Below, piece by piece: positions 63,309 to 64,000 of a stretch of 64,000 bases of DNA. The notes beneath the pieces are model-generated. The model was not told the DNA's origin. It was given only the letters and a program-made list of their open reading frames with translations, and did not search any database. The stretch's first letter is position 1; every line of letters begins with the position of its first letter. The translations under genes were made by a program, and so were the position numbers. The DNA lies in assembly GCF_963921235.1 (NCBI RefSeq), contig NC_086107.1, positions 111,478,001 through 111,542,000 of the forward strand. The letters are read 5' to 3'. The DNA comes from Mobula hypostoma (Eukaryota).

Positions 63309-63319
63309 CTTTTAAAAAA

Positions 63320-63722
63320 GCAAGGTCGGGTACTGGTCTTATCGTGGCCACGGAGTCCGAGAGCAAGGAACAACCTGATGCTTGGACAGTTTAAAAGCTG
63401 GGCCAGATTGAAATGGTCGGGGTGTCAGGGTTGGAGGCGAGTGAGGGGCTGATTCGATTTGCTGCTCCACAGGGTTTGCTCAAACCTGTGCTGGACTGAG
63501 GCCGTGGCCTGCACCCAGGAGGCTCTGGATCAGCTGCAGCGATGTCTGGCATTGCGAACTTCAGTTCTGAATGCTGATTGCTTGCTTTTATTGTTTGCAC
63601 AATTTGTTTTTTTCTCTCTCTCCACACATTGGGTGTTCGACAGTCTCCTGTTGTCTTTACAGAGTTCTATACATGCTTTGATAACTATACATATTTTGAT
63701 AATTAATGTGCTTTAAACTCTG
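63320..63722 (+). mobile_element. Probable non-autonomous retroposon (GC-rich body, Rex-like tail)
   Basis: Ends GATAATTAATGTGCTTTAAACTCTGA, similar to the tail at 55,540-55,567, and lies between pieces of the LTR-like element. Confidence 0.45.
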
Positions 63723-64000
63723 ATTCATTGCGGGACGGATGTAAAAGTACGTGAATTGCGTATGTCATGAGTCTAACATGTGATAACTGCGTACTTCATT
63801 TAAAGTAAGAACAAAGGTAGACTTGCCTTCCCGGCTCCTTAGTTTTCCCTGGAATTAGTTTTTATGTTTTGGAGTTATGAAACATAACACTGAGGCTGTT
63901 CTAAGGGCAGCCTGCAAGTGCTGATACATCTTCTGGAGCCAACATAGCTCACTCACGATGCTCGGCTGAACAATGCAGAACACAAGAAACAACAGCACAA

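Larger units (their letters stand above)
62398..63889 (+). mobile_element. Solo-LTR-like element fragmented by three later insertions
   Basis: TGTT...AACA termini and 5-bp flanks CTAAG/CTGAG. Pieces 62,398-62,427, 62,993-63,040 and 63,722-63,889 join up when compared with the rc of 54,010-54,102. Confidence 0.6.

Overview
Gene-free eukaryotic repeat landscape, most likely from a cartilaginous fish (inferred from Rex1/Babar, CR1, Penelope, V-SINE and DeuSINE-like content). Positions 1-~51,650 are one head-to-tail satellite of a 33-bp monomer (consensus CACTCCCTCAGTACTGTCCCTCTGACAGTGAGA). It has recurrent variant monomers, irregular kb-scale higher-order duplications, a 200-N gap (34,330-34,529) and a decayed edge to ~51,985. 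All ORFs in it are by-products of the 11-codon period. The last ~12 kb is a pile of nested transposon fragments. The main find is two copies of a TSD-flanked non-autonomous retroelement (57,635-58,166 and 62,428-62,985). The first 194 nt of each folds into a complete HDV-like self-cleaving ribozyme with covarying stems, a long structured J1/2 and an extra helix in L3, and the predicted cleavage site is the first base of the element. Other points: a probable SINE origin of the satellite monomer, a 141-bp templated insertion copied from a neighbouring dead LINE, a hAT derivative with a 7-bp TSD and a duplicated end, and a decayed Penelope hammerhead. Family names come from recalled motifs, not database searches.
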